Positions 17,410 through 26,101 are shown, numbered from the stretch's first letter. The stretch is 40,000 nucleotides of DNA from Peribacillus asahii (GCF_003570725.1 NZ_QWVS01000013.1:1-40000), one strand, 5' to 3'. Translations and numbers: made by a program. Notes: generated by a model from the sequence alone, not told the origin.

Positions 17410-17811
17410 TTACTGTTGATGGCTATTTTGGTATGCCGTTGCAATAGCTTGCGCCTGTTGAAATTCTTGCTGTGCCTGTTGAACATCTTGTTGTTCTTTT
17501 TTAAGTTGTTGCTGTGCTTGCTGTAAATGCTGATTTTCAGTTTGTACCAATTGCTGTGCTTGAAGTAATTGCTGACTTTCTAGTTGTAACTTTTGATAGG
17601 CCTTTTGGACATCTTGCTGCAATTGTTCCAAGTGTTGTTGTTCCTGAAGAGTAGAAGGTTGAATACTTTGTAATTGTTGATGCGCTTGTTGGACAGCTTG
17701 TTGTGCTTGTTGCATTTGCTGTTCGCTTGTACTAGATTGCGCTTGTTTCACAGCTTGCTGAACAGATTGAGCCACTTCTGGCAATAACAACTGTTGATTT
17801 AGTTGTGTCAT
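17410..17811 (-). CDS. Glutamine-rich coiled-coil protein (possible spore-associated structural protein)
   Basis: 133 aa, of which I count 53 Gln (about 40%), in QQAQQ-type repeats. SD GTGGAGG upstream. An imperfect long hairpin plus T-run follows at about 17352-17395. Confidence 0.6.
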   Translation of the reverse strand: MTQLNQQLLLPEVAQSVQQAVKQAQSSTSEQQMQQAQQAVQQAHQQLQSIQPSTLQEQQHLEQLQQDVQKAYQKLQLESQQLLQAQQLVQTENQHLQQAQQQLKKEQQDVQQAQQEFQQAQAIATAYQNSHQQ

Positions 17812-18051
17812 AAAACAAAAGCCTCCACTAATTATTATTTATTACTTAAAATGCTCTTTCATTATCGTGCTCATAATAGCTGTTTCTATGCTATAACTCA
17901 GTTTAAACGCATCAGTATGATCTCCATACCTTTAGTGCACAATTAATAAAACATTCTTGCTTATCCTATGCATCGCTCATATAAAAGACAGCAACTTTTT
18001 ATACTATTTTTGTCCATGTTTTTTATTAAACTAAAATAAGACTTTAAACAT

Positions 18052-18075
18052 AAAAAGACCGCCCAAAAGGGCAGC
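18052..18075 (-). terminator. Terminator of the YjcZ-like gene
   Basis: Minus-strand CTGCCC-tttt-GGGCGG, which includes a G-U pair that is a C-A mismatch on the plus strand, followed by TCTTTTT. Confidence 0.6.
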
Positions 18076-18084
18076 TTTTCATGT

Positions 18085-18264
18085 TTAACAGTATGCACCA
18101 TATCCATGGGCTGGGGCTGCATATCCGCCACCAAATCCACCACAGAAACTAGCTCCTACGATAATTAAGAGAATAAACAATACAACTAAAAAGGCAAATC
18201 CACCACCAAATCCACAGCCTCTGTCAAATCCATCACAACAATCATCTTTACGAACGCCAGACAT
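18085..18264 (-). CDS. YjcZ-family tiny sporulation membrane protein
   Basis: 59 aa: MSGVRKDDCCDGFDRGCGFGGGFAFLVVLFILLIIVGASFCGGFGGGYAAPAHGYGAYC. Gly/Cys-rich flanks surround the FALLVVLFILLIIVGA core typical of YjcZ-like proteins. SD AAGGAG 7 nt upstream. It replaces the spurious ORF-track frame 17961-18143. Confidence 0.7.
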   Translation of the reverse strand: MSGVRKDDCCDGFDRGCGFGGGFAFLVVLFILLIIVGASFCGGFGGGYAAPAHGYGAYC

Positions 18265-18619
18265 ACAATCACTCCTTATTTGTTTTAAGGAGGTACTTAA
18301 ATGGGTTAATTTATTCTATGTTCCATATAGGTTAATGACACAATTTATTTTTCTTCCGCTCCCACAAGCATAATTCCGAAGGCGAATGAGTTAAAATTAT
18401 TATGTTACTTCTTATAAAAAACTAAAATCCCCTCTCCTATTATGGAGAAGGGAGCGCATCCGTCGCTAGAAAGAAGCTTCACTATTATAACAACTTGAAC
18501 AGTTTTTATACAATTATTTAGAACAGCATGTTCCAAGTCTTGATGACCTAACACTGGATGGGTAAGATTAGCAACAACAATCCAACCTCATCATATCCAC
18601 GCTTACTTGATATTCCCCC

Positions 18620-18748
18620 TCAATCCGCAGCCATTTCCGTTATAAAGTCAAATGCATTTACAATGAATAAGCACGTTAATAAGGCGGACCAACCACCGAC
18701 TAGCTATCCAATAAAACGACCAATTGTAACTTTTAAAAAAGTCTCCAT
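18620..18748 (-). pseudogene. Small membrane-peptide ORF interrupted by an in-frame TAG
   Basis: METFLKVTIGRFIG-TAG-LVGGWSALLTCLFIVNAFDFITEMAAD. SD AGGTG 5 nt upstream. TAG at 18704-18706. Lies 66 nt downstream of the module B terminator. Confidence 0.35.
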
Positions 18749-18813
18749 TCGCACACCTGCTTTACATAAAAATAGTCCCGATTGGTTTGGGGCAACTCAG
18801 GTCATAATGTAGT

Positions 18814-18962
18814 AAAAAAGACAGCCAGTTTTAAAGGGAACTGACTGTCTCAATGAGTAAAAAGAAAACAATCATCGCAACACGATTGCCTTCTATATAC
18901 ATTATAAAACTTTTGTCGAAATATGTCGATATAAACCGCATAAATTAGATGTTTTGTCGAAT
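18814..18962 (-). ncRNA. Module B: candidate Spo0A-controlled small RNA / attenuator leader (paralog of module A)
   Basis: Minus strand has TCGACA (18930-18925), N17, TATAAT (18907-18902). Then an ~82-nt transcript with a 5' hairpin and a U/C-rich tract. Then a terminator ACAGTCAGT/ACTGGCTGT plus T6 (18814-18851). Plus-strand TGTCGAA-ata-TGTCGAT (18915-18931), plus a third perfect TGTCGAA at 18956-18962. Confidence 0.45.
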
Positions 18963-19368
18963 GATGCAGATAGCATTAATCTCTTATAAAATTTAATTTA
19001 ATGATTTTATATTAAATTAAACAGGAATAATCCTCTCTCTTACAATATCCCCCTGCTTGGGAATGGATAATAAGGTGCCGTACATGCAGCCCTTGAAGAA
19101 ATTTACGTTCATCAATCACTAGTCTCTCTTCACTATTTTTGGAGGAAACATCTCCTCACCGACTTATAGTGGAAAATTTAATATTTCTGTTACCACAGCC
19201 CCCTCATGTCATGAGTCCAATTAAAGATTATTAATCAATATTTACTTCCATCAGCTAAACAGCCTAAAAATTTTTTATCGTAGCATTACATTTTTGTAAT
19301 AATTAGTTTATAATGTTAAATATTTATTTAATTTTGGTCTTTAATTACAAGTCAGCAGGAGGTAAGTC

Positions 19369-19539
19369 ATGAACACAAAAACTTTATCTCTTAAGCATCT
19401 GGAAACCTCCATTTCTTATTTGAGAACTCATATGATTACTATTGGAATATCAAAAGGACTTACACATTCTGATACAATTAAGTACAGTCAAAAGTTAGAT
19501 ATTTTATTGAACGAATACCAGAAAATTAAATCAAGCTGA
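19369..19539 (+). CDS. Spo0E-family sporulation regulatory (aspartyl-phosphate) phosphatase
   Basis: 56 aa: MNTKTLSLKHLETSISYLRTHMITIGISKGLTHSDTIKYSQKLDILLNEYQKIKSS. Has the SQxLDxLLNxYQ motif of Spo0E/YnzD/YisI-type proteins. SD AGGAGG 6 nt upstream. Promoter-like TTACAT-N17-TATAAT. Below the ORF-track cutoff. Confidence 0.7.
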   Translation: MNTKTLSLKHLETSISYLRTHMITIGISKGLTHSDTIKYSQKLDILLNEYQKIKSS

Positions 19540-19648
19540 TAACACTTTTAAAAGTGCTTTACGAACTCTTAAATTCCCCTGTATCAAGTGAATCCAAAAT
19601 ACATATAGTAATACAGAGCAAGGCGTTTAGTCATCGAGATGAACACCA

Positions 19649-20132
19649 GTGAGCCTTGCTCTTTTGTTGCGTCTTCTCTTCGTACTGTTTTCATTAAGTT
19701 ACTTTTCTTTCCTCATTAACCACTCACTCAATCCCTGTTCATTAACAAAGGCCTTAGTTACTTCATACATTATTTTAAAAACGGGATTGAACTTCACGGG
19801 GAGATTGATTGACGTATCAACATCACGACATTAATTAAAACTTTTTGATGAAAACAAGCTTATACAAACTTACCCGATTGCAGTTGGAAAAATATTGTCC
19901 CCAACACCTTCTGGGACATACACGATTACCAATAAACAACCTAATCCCGACGGACCATTTGGAGTGCTTTGGATGGGATTATCAAGATCCCACTACGGTA
20001 TACATGAAACAAATAATTCTATCTTCAATCGGTAAGGATGTCTCACATGGATATATTAGAATGTTTAATGATGATGTTCTAGAATTATCATCTAGCGTTC
20101 CAATTAGTACTGGCGTTTCCATTCATAAATAA
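19649..20132 (+). pseudogene. L,D-transpeptidase (YkuD domain) pseudogene
   Basis: Frames piece together as IDVSTSRH-TAA-LKLFDENKLIQTYPIAVGKILSPTPSGTYTITNKQPNPDGPFGVLWMGLSRSHYGIHETNN, then a frameshift, then SIGKDVSHGYIRMFNDDVLEL. The catalytic SHGCIRM Cys is Tyr here. Confidence 0.75.
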
Positions 20133-20292
20133 CTCGGTTAATCTTGCTCCTTTGATACGTAGTTTAAGTCTACTCTCCGCTTTCAAACTTCAACCAAGCA
20201 TTCATAAATACTAATATTTTTTTATCCGGCAATCAATATATGAATGAATAACATATACTGAAACTAACCTACTTGATAAGGAGGCTATCCTT

Positions 20293-20406
20293 TTGGATAC
20301 TGTACTTGCTATTTTTCAAAATAAAGCAATTATGTGGGTAATCTGCTCAGTTGTTGTTTGTATTTCCATATACGGATTCATATCATTCGACTATTTTTTC
20401 AAGTAA
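20293..20406 (+). CDS. Possible 37-aa hydrophobic peptide
   Basis: SD AAGGAGG 8 nt before TTG. Product (M)DTVLAIFQNKAIMWVICSVVVCISIYGFISFDYFFK has one TM. No homology recognised. Confidence 0.3.
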   Translation: MDTVLAIFQNKAIMWVICSVVVCISIYGFISFDYFFK

Positions 20407-20554
20407 TTACTACATAACTGGTCTTCTGATCCTTATAGACAAGGAGACTAGTTACTAATTAAAAGAACAAACTATTAAATAAGTCACTAGATTTTCAAGA
20501 ATCCAGCCAAGATACCAGTAAAATATTTGGAGATGTGAAAACCAACAAAGGTAA

Positions 20555-20593
20555 TAAAAAAAAGCCCCGATACTAGTAGTATCGGAGCTTTTA
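20555..20593. terminator. glnA terminator (bidirectional)
   Basis: 13-bp stem AGCCCCGATACTA/TAGTATCGGAGCT with an A8 run and a T4 run. Confidence 0.85.
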
Positions 20594-20598
20594 ATTGA

Positions 20599-21933
20599 TT
20601 AATACATTGTCATGTATTGATCGCGTTCCCATGGGTGTACTTGCGTACGGAACATATCCCACTCGATTTCTTTTGCTTCAACGAAGTGTTCTAAAAGATG
20701 CGCACCTAACGCTTCTTTAATAACTTCGTCAGATTTTAATACATCTAATGCAACTGCTAATGTAGCTGGTAGGTCAACGATACCTACTTCTTCACGCTCT
20801 TCTTTTGTCATAACATAGATGTTACGATCAACTGGAGCTGGTGGAGTTAGGTTGTTTTTAATTCCATCTAAGCCTGCTTTAAGAAGTACAGCTAAAGCTA
20901 AGTATGGGTTAGCTGCTGGGTCAACGCTACGTACTTCAACACGAGTTCCTAAACCACGTGAAGCTGGAATACGGATTAACGGGCTACGGTTTTTAGCAGA
21001 CCATGCAACATAACAAGGAGCTTCGTAACCAGGTACTAAACGCTTGTAAGAGTTAACTGTTGGGTTTGTAATAGCTGTAAATCCTGGAGCATGCTTGATG
21101 ATACCAGCAATAAATTGTTCAGCTGTTTTGCTCAGTTCTAATTTACCTTCTGTATCGTAGAATGCATTTTCATTTCCTTTGAATAAAGAAACGTTACAGT
21201 GCATACCTGAACCATTTACACCGAACAATGGCTTTGGCATGAATGTTGCGTGAAGACCATGCTTACGAGCAATTGTTTTAACTACTAATTTAAATGTTTG
21301 AATATTATCACATGCTGTAATAGCATCTGCATATTTAAAATCAATTTCGTGTTGACCAGGAGCTACTTCATGGTGAGATGCTTCGATTTCAAAGCCCATT
21401 TCTTCTAGCTCAAGTACGATATCACGACGGCAGTTTTCCCCTAAATCTGTTGGTGCAAGGTCAAAGTATCCGCCTTTATCATTCAATTCTAGAGTTGGCT
21501 CACCTTTTTCATCTAATTTGAATAAGAAGAATTCTGGTTCTGGTCCAAGATTGAAGTCTGTGAAGCCCATTTCTCTTGCTTCAGCTAAAACTCGTTTTAA
21601 GTTTGCACGTGGGTCACCTTCGAATGGTGTTCCATCTGTGTTATAAATATCGCAAATTAAACGAGCTACTTTTCCTTTTTCAGCTGTCCAAGGGAACACT
21701 ACCCAAGTATCTAAATCAGGATATAAATACATATCAGATTCTTCGATACGTACAAATCCTTCGATAGAAGAACCGTCGAACATCATTTTATTATCTAATG
21801 CTTTCCCTAATTGACTTACCGGAATTTCTACGTTTTTAATAGTTCCTAAAATATCTGTAAATTGAAGACGAATGTATTTAACATTTTCTTCTTTCGCTAA
21901 ACGAGTAATATCTTCACGTGTATACTTTGCCAT
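20599..21933 (-). CDS. glnA: Glutamine synthetase type I-alpha
   Basis: 444 aa, highly similar to Bacillus GlnA ([36 protein letters not shown]). Confidence 0.98.
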   Translation of the reverse strand: MAKYTREDITRLAKEENVKYIRLQFTDILGTIKNVEIPVSQLGKALDNKMMFDGSSIEGFVRIEESDMYLYPDLDTWVVFPWTAEKGKVARLICDIYNTDGTPFEGDPRANLKRVLAEAREMGFTDFNLGPEPEFFLFKLDEKGEPTLELNDKGGYFDLAPTDLGENCRRDIVLELEEMGFEIEASHHEVAPGQHEIDFKYADAITACDNIQTFKLVVKTIARKHGLHATFMPKPLFGVNGSGMHCNVSLFKGNENAFYDTEGKLELSKTAEQFIAGIIKHAPGFTAITNPTVNSYKRLVPGYEAPCYVAWSAKNRSPLIRIPASRGLGTRVEVRSVDPAANPYLALAVLLKAGLDGIKNNLTPPAPVDRNIYVMTKEEREEVGIVDLPATLAVALDVLKSDEVIKEALGAHLLEHFVEAKEIEWDMFRTQVHPWERDQYMTMY

Positions 21934-21968
21934 GATCTATTCCTCCCCTAATGTATAACTAATTATTT

Positions 21969-22373
21969 TTAATGGAAAAAGCGAGACATATCACCTTGTC
22001 GTAAAGATGTACGGTACTTACCGCCTTGCAATAATTCCGTTCGAAGGATTTTTCGCAACTCAACTTCACTTAGGTCTTGTCTAATCTTTTCCGCTTGCTC
22101 GCTGTCTTGTTCTTGAAGAGCACCCTCATTCTTCACGGTAAAAATCTTTTTAATACCGGCTAGGTTCACTCCTTGCTCGATTAAATCTTTAATTTCGAGC
22201 AATCGATCGATATCATTTAATGAGAATAGGCGGCGGTTGCCTTCCGTTCTCATCGGAGTAATTAATTGATGCTCTTCATAATAACGAATCTGGCGCGCAG
22301 ACAACTCTGTCAATTGCATCACGATTCCTATAGAAAAAAGAGGCATCGAACGCCGAATGTTGTTGCCGCTCAT
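21969..22373 (-). CDS. glnR: MerR-family nitrogen regulator GlnR
   Basis: 134 aa. MerR HTH ([25 protein letters not shown]). First gene of the glnRA operon. Confidence 0.93.
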   Translation of the reverse strand: MSGNNIRRSMPLFSIGIVMQLTELSARQIRYYEEHQLITPMRTEGNRRLFSLNDIDRLLEIKDLIEQGVNLAGIKKIFTVKNEGALQEQDSEQAEKIRQDLSEVELRKILRTELLQGGKYRTSLRQGDMSRFFH

Positions 22374-22415
22374 TAAGCATCCTCCTTTTGTTTATCATAG
22401 TTTTATTTTATGCTA

Positions 22416-22432
22416 TGTAATTTTATTTGTCA
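22416..22432. promoter_or_regulatory. GlnR/TnrA operator 2 (overlaps the -35/spacer of the glnRA promoter)
   Basis: TGTAA-TTTTATT-TGTCA fits TGTNA-N7-TNACA with one mismatch. The minus-strand promoter is TTGACA (22433-22428), N17, TAAAAT (22410-22405). Confidence 0.65.
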
Positions 22433-22438
22433 ATGCAA

Positions 22439-22455
22439 TGTTATGTTTTATAACA
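22439..22455. promoter_or_regulatory. GlnR/TnrA operator 1
   Basis: TGTTA-TGTTTTA-TAACA, an exact fit to TGTNA-N7-TNACA, just upstream of the -35. Confidence 0.75.
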
Positions 22456-22544
22456 TAAATATTTTTTACTTTGCTGAATTGCAAGTTAATTCAAAATAGA
22501 GAGCCAATAGGAAGTTGGCCACTCTAGTTATTCTATCATACTAT

Positions 22545-23813
22545 TTATAATGTAATAAGCTTCTTAGATAATAAATTATCTACGGCTGTTAACACTGCCA
22601 TCTTCACATGAGCATATGTTAAGCCCCCCTGAACATAGGCCACAAAAGGAGCACGAGTTGGTCCGTCTGCTGTCAATTCAATGCTCGCTCCTTGAATAAA
22701 TGTTCCCGCTGCCATAATAACATCATCCTCATAGCCTGGCATATAAGCAGGATACGGAGTCACATGTGAATTGATTGGAGAAGCAAACTGAATTGCTTGA
22801 CAAAAAGCAACCATCTTATCCTTATCATCAAATTGAACCGACTGAATAAGATCGGTGCGTTTAGCATTCCATTTAGGCGATGTATTCATTCCAAGTCTCT
22901 CTAAAAAGGCCGCGGTAAACACTGCCCCCTTTAACGCTTGTCCTACAACATGCGGAGCAAGGAAAAATCCTTGGTACATTTCTTGTAAGCTATAAAGAGA
23001 TGCCCCTGCTTCTGCTCCAATACCAGGTGATGTTAATCGATATGAACAAGCTTCTACCAGCTCTTTTTTACCGACAATATAGCCGCCTGTTTTCACTATA
23101 CCGCCGCCCGGGTTTTTAATGAGTGACCCCGCCATTAGGTCGGCTCCTACGTGGCACGGCTCTTTCGTTTCTACAAACTCACCGTAACAATTGTCAACGA
23201 ACACAACGATATTCGGATTAATCTCTTTCACAAAAGCAATAGCTGCTTCGATTTCCTCAATCGTGAAAGATGGACGCGTTGCATATCCTTTTGAACGCTG
23301 AATTCCAATCATTTTTGTATTCGGTTTAATGGACTGTTTAACCGCCTCGAAATCAATAGCTCCTTCAGCAGTTAACGAAACCGTATTATAGTCAATGTGG
23401 AAATCTCGTAAAGAACCTATCCCTGTACCGCGAATTCCAACAATTTCTTCAAGTGTATCATACGGTTTTCCCGTAATATAGAGCAGTTCATCACCTGGAC
23501 GAAGAATGCCAAACAATGCCGTTGAAATAGCATGTGTACCAGAAATAATTTGCGGGCGAACAAGACCCGCTTCTCCTCCAAATACATCTGCATAGATTAA
23601 TTCCAGCGTATCTCTTCCGACATCATCATACCCATACCCTGTTGACGGGATAAAATGAGAATCACTGACTCGATGTGCTTGAAAGCTGCGAAGCACACGA
23701 AATTGATTTTCTTCAATTCGCTCTTCTATTTTCTTATGGAATGGAGCAATCATCGCCTCTATTTCTTTTACAATCGGTTGCAAAGTTTCCCCATTTGTTA
23801 AATATTGATACAT
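22545..23813 (-). CDS. ynbB: YnbB-type PLP-dependent protein (aluminium-resistance / Met gamma-lyase-like family)
   Basis: 422 aa. PLP-enzyme fold sequence. Conserved position between hflX and glnR, as in B. subtilis. Confidence 0.8.
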   Translation of the reverse strand: MYQYLTNGETLQPIVKEIEAMIAPFHKKIEERIEENQFRVLRSFQAHRVSDSHFIPSTGYGYDDVGRDTLELIYADVFGGEAGLVRPQIISGTHAISTALFGILRPGDELLYITGKPYDTLEEIVGIRGTGIGSLRDFHIDYNTVSLTAEGAIDFEAVKQSIKPNTKMIGIQRSKGYATRPSFTIEEIEAAIAFVKEINPNIVVFVDNCYGEFVETKEPCHVGADLMAGSLIKNPGGGIVKTGGYIVGKKELVEACSYRLTSPGIGAEAGASLYSLQEMYQGFFLAPHVVGQALKGAVFTAAFLERLGMNTSPKWNAKRTDLIQSVQFDDKDKMVAFCQAIQFASPINSHVTPYPAYMPGYEDDVIMAAGTFIQGASIELTADGPTRAPFVAYVQGGLTYAHVKMAVLTAVDNLLSKKLITL

Positions 23814-23826
23814 GTTGTTTCCCCTT

Positions 23827-25092
23827 TTATATTGTAAATTTCTCTAGTAAGCCTCTAATTGGGTGATTGGTTAAACAAAAACCCCTACATTCATAACACT
23901 CACTTTCTTCATTAAAAACGAGCGTCCGTAATATTGTCTCATTCTTCAACTGCGCAAGTAATCTTCCTTCCGTAGAAGGCAGTGAAACGTGGTAGCTTGC
24001 CATCTCACTTATCACACTTTGCTCAATTGTCTCTAAAATTGTTTCCACATCTCCTTGATCATAGGCACTAATCAGCAAAGATTGGTCTTTTGATGTTGGC
24101 AAAAAGTCAGCATGCTTGCGATCCTTCTTATTATACAACGTAAGCATCGGAATGGAAGTAGCTTCTAAGTCTTGCAATAAATTTTCTACAGTTGTTTGAT
24201 GATTAAAGTAATCCGGATTCGATGAATCAACCACGTGTAACAGTAAGTCGGCCTCTTTCACTTCTTCTAAGGTCGAACGGAAAGCCGCAATAAGAGAAGT
24301 AGGTAAATCCTGAATAAATCCAACCGTATCTGTCATTAACACCGTAAAGCCGCTTGGCAATATAGCTTTACGAGTAAGAGGATCAAGCGTAGCAAACAGC
24401 AAATTCTCTTCAAATGCAGCAGCTTCCGTTAATCGGTTAAATAATGTTGACTTTCCCGCATTTGTATACCCTACAAGCGCTATTTGAAACGCCTTATTTC
24501 GCTTACGCCGCTCTCTGTACCGGTCACGATGATCCGCGATTACTCGTAATTGACTCTTAATTTCATCAATTTTACCTCGAATATGACGACGATCGCTTTC
24601 AAGCTTCGTTTCCCCAGGTCCTCTCGTTCCGATTCCACCACCAAGCCTAGATAAAGCCGTTCCTTGGCCAACTAGACGGGGCAGCATATATTGCAGCTGA
24701 GCAAGCTCAACCTGCAGCTGACCTTCTCTTGAACGAGCACGCTGAGCGAAAATATCTAAAATCAATTGTGTTCGATCAATGATTCGCGCTTCCAACTGAT
24801 TCGAAAGGTTACGAATCTGACTTGGAGATAATTCATCATTAAAAATAATTAAATCCGGCTCTAGTTCTGCTTCTAAATTTTGCAGCTCTTCAATCTTTCC
24901 TTTTCCTATGTATGTAGCTGGATGTATCCGCTCCCGTTTTTGAGTAACCGTCAGCAACACTTCACCATTTGCTGTATGAGTTAATGACGCAAGTTCCTCT
25001 AATGAATAATGAAAGCGGGCATCATCTTCCACTGTTTGACATCCAATTAAAATCGCCGTTTCTTTTTCAGCATTTTGCAAGTAGGGCACCAT
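23827..25092 (-). CDS. hflX: GTPase HflX
   Basis: 421 aa. HflX N-terminal domain plus G domain ([18 protein letters not shown]). Confidence 0.93.
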   Translation of the reverse strand: MVPYLQNAEKETAILIGCQTVEDDARFHYSLEELASLTHTANGEVLLTVTQKRERIHPATYIGKGKIEELQNLEAELEPDLIIFNDELSPSQIRNLSNQLEARIIDRTQLILDIFAQRARSREGQLQVELAQLQYMLPRLVGQGTALSRLGGGIGTRGPGETKLESDRRHIRGKIDEIKSQLRVIADHRDRYRERRKRNKAFQIALVGYTNAGKSTLFNRLTEAAAFEENLLFATLDPLTRKAILPSGFTVLMTDTVGFIQDLPTSLIAAFRSTLEEVKEADLLLHVVDSSNPDYFNHQTTVENLLQDLEATSIPMLTLYNKKDRKHADFLPTSKDQSLLISAYDQGDVETILETIEQSVISEMASYHVSLPSTEGRLLAQLKNETILRTLVFNEESECYECRGFCLTNHPIRGLLEKFTI

Positions 25093-25281
25093 CCTTATCC
25101 AAAATCATTCAACTCATCATACCAAAAAAATAAATAAGATTAAAACTTTCATAAACTGAAATAGAGCATTTCCAAAAAGAAAAGAACATGATAGAATCAA
25201 TTTTAGTTTGCGACAAGATTAATGAAACATCCTCACTGTTTATATATTTCAAATAAAATTTCACTTATAGAGGGAATCCAT

Positions 25282-25890
25282 ATGACCTGGGAATTTTTGA
25301 GCATAATTGGAACAATTGCTTTTTCTATTAGCGGGGCAATCATTGCTATGGAAGAAGAGTATGATTTATTGGGTGTATATATTTTAGGCATCGTAACCGC
25401 ATTTGGCGGTGGAGCAATACGAAATTTATTAATTGGGGTCCCTCCTTCAACACTATGGGACCAAGGTACGTTCTTTACAATTGCTTTAATATCGATTACT
25501 ATCGTATTCTTCTTTCCAAACAATTCATTAAAGCATTGGGACAAATGGGGAAATTTTACCGATGCAATCGGATTAGCCGCTTTTGCTATTCAAGGAGCAC
25601 TATATGCGATTGAGCTCAATCTTCCAGTGAGCGCAGTTATTGTAGCAGCTGTTTTAACTGGCTGCGGAGGCGGAATTGTCCGCGATGTTCTCGCAGGACG
25701 TAAACCGCTCGTATTCCGTAAAGAAATCTATGCAGTTTGGGCAATTGTAGCAGGAATAATCCTAGGCCTAGAACTTGCCACAGATACATGGGAATTATAT
25801 GCTCTCTTCATTATTATTACGGCATTACGTGTCCTTTCCTACACACGTAACTGGGAGTTGCCAAATAAAAAATTGCCTCAAAACATGTAA
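25282..25890 (+). CDS. UPF0126/TRIC-family membrane protein
   Basis: Two repeated glycine-rich UPF0126 motifs (AFGGGAIRNLL and GCGGGIVRDVL). Start placed at ATG 25282 after GAGGGAA. Confidence 0.8.
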   Translation: MTWEFLSIIGTIAFSISGAIIAMEEEYDLLGVYILGIVTAFGGGAIRNLLIGVPPSTLWDQGTFFTIALISITIVFFFPNNSLKHWDKWGNFTDAIGLAAFAIQGALYAIELNLPVSAVIVAAVLTGCGGGIVRDVLAGRKPLVFRKEIYAVWAIVAGIILGLELATDTWELYALFIIITALRVLSYTRNWELPNKKLPQNM

Positions 25891-25911
25891 AAACGGCCTA
25901 AAGCCGTTTTT
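25889..25911 (+). terminator. Terminator hairpin, copy 1 of a 24-nt repeat
   Basis: AAAACGGC-ctaaa-GCCGTTTT. The sequence AAAAACGGCCTAAAGCCGTTTTT recurs at 26069-26095. Confidence 0.7.
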
Positions 25912-25913
25912 CA

Positions 25914-25945
25914 GGCTGTCGGGAAAGTCCCGACAGCCATTTTTA
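25914..25945 (+). terminator. Second tandem terminator
   Basis: 10-bp perfect stem GGCTGTCGGG/CCCGACAGCC followed by ATTTTTAT. Confidence 0.75.
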
Positions 25946-26068
25946 TATTCATAGGAAATCCATATATTGTTTTTGAATCAGGAAATAACACAATATTTAG
26001 TGCGGAAACAACAGAAAGAAGATGGAGTTCAAACGAAAATTTAAAAATAAAAGGTTTCTCTACACTCT

Positions 26069-26095
26069 GAAAAACGGCCTAAAGCCGTTTTTTTT
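26069..26095. terminator. spoVK terminator, copy 2 of the 24-nt repeat
   Basis: Same hairpin as 25889-25911, with T8 on the plus strand and T5 on the minus strand. Confidence 0.75.
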
Positions 26096-26101
26096 GTTCT
26101 C

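Noticed and set aside
17961-18143. ORF-track 60-aa frame MVDLVADMQPQPMD...
   Set aside because: It has no SD and overlaps, in another frame, the YjcZ-like ORF (18085-18264). That ORF has an SD, a terminator and family-typical sequence.
18558-18812. ORF-track 84-aa plus-strand frame.
   Set aside because: It has no SD and odd composition. The opposite strand carries the SD-preceded small ORF and follows the module B terminator.
19845-20132. 95-aa ORF as an intact gene.
   Set aside because: It is one frame of a multiply disrupted YkuD L,D-transpeptidase pseudogene. Only its last ~35 residues are homologous.
25946-26068. Mini-ORF MEFKRKFKNKRFLYTLKNGLKPFF... between the duplicated terminators.
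   Set aside because: It has only a weak SD, and the frame runs through a terminator hairpin and into the spoVK 3' end.
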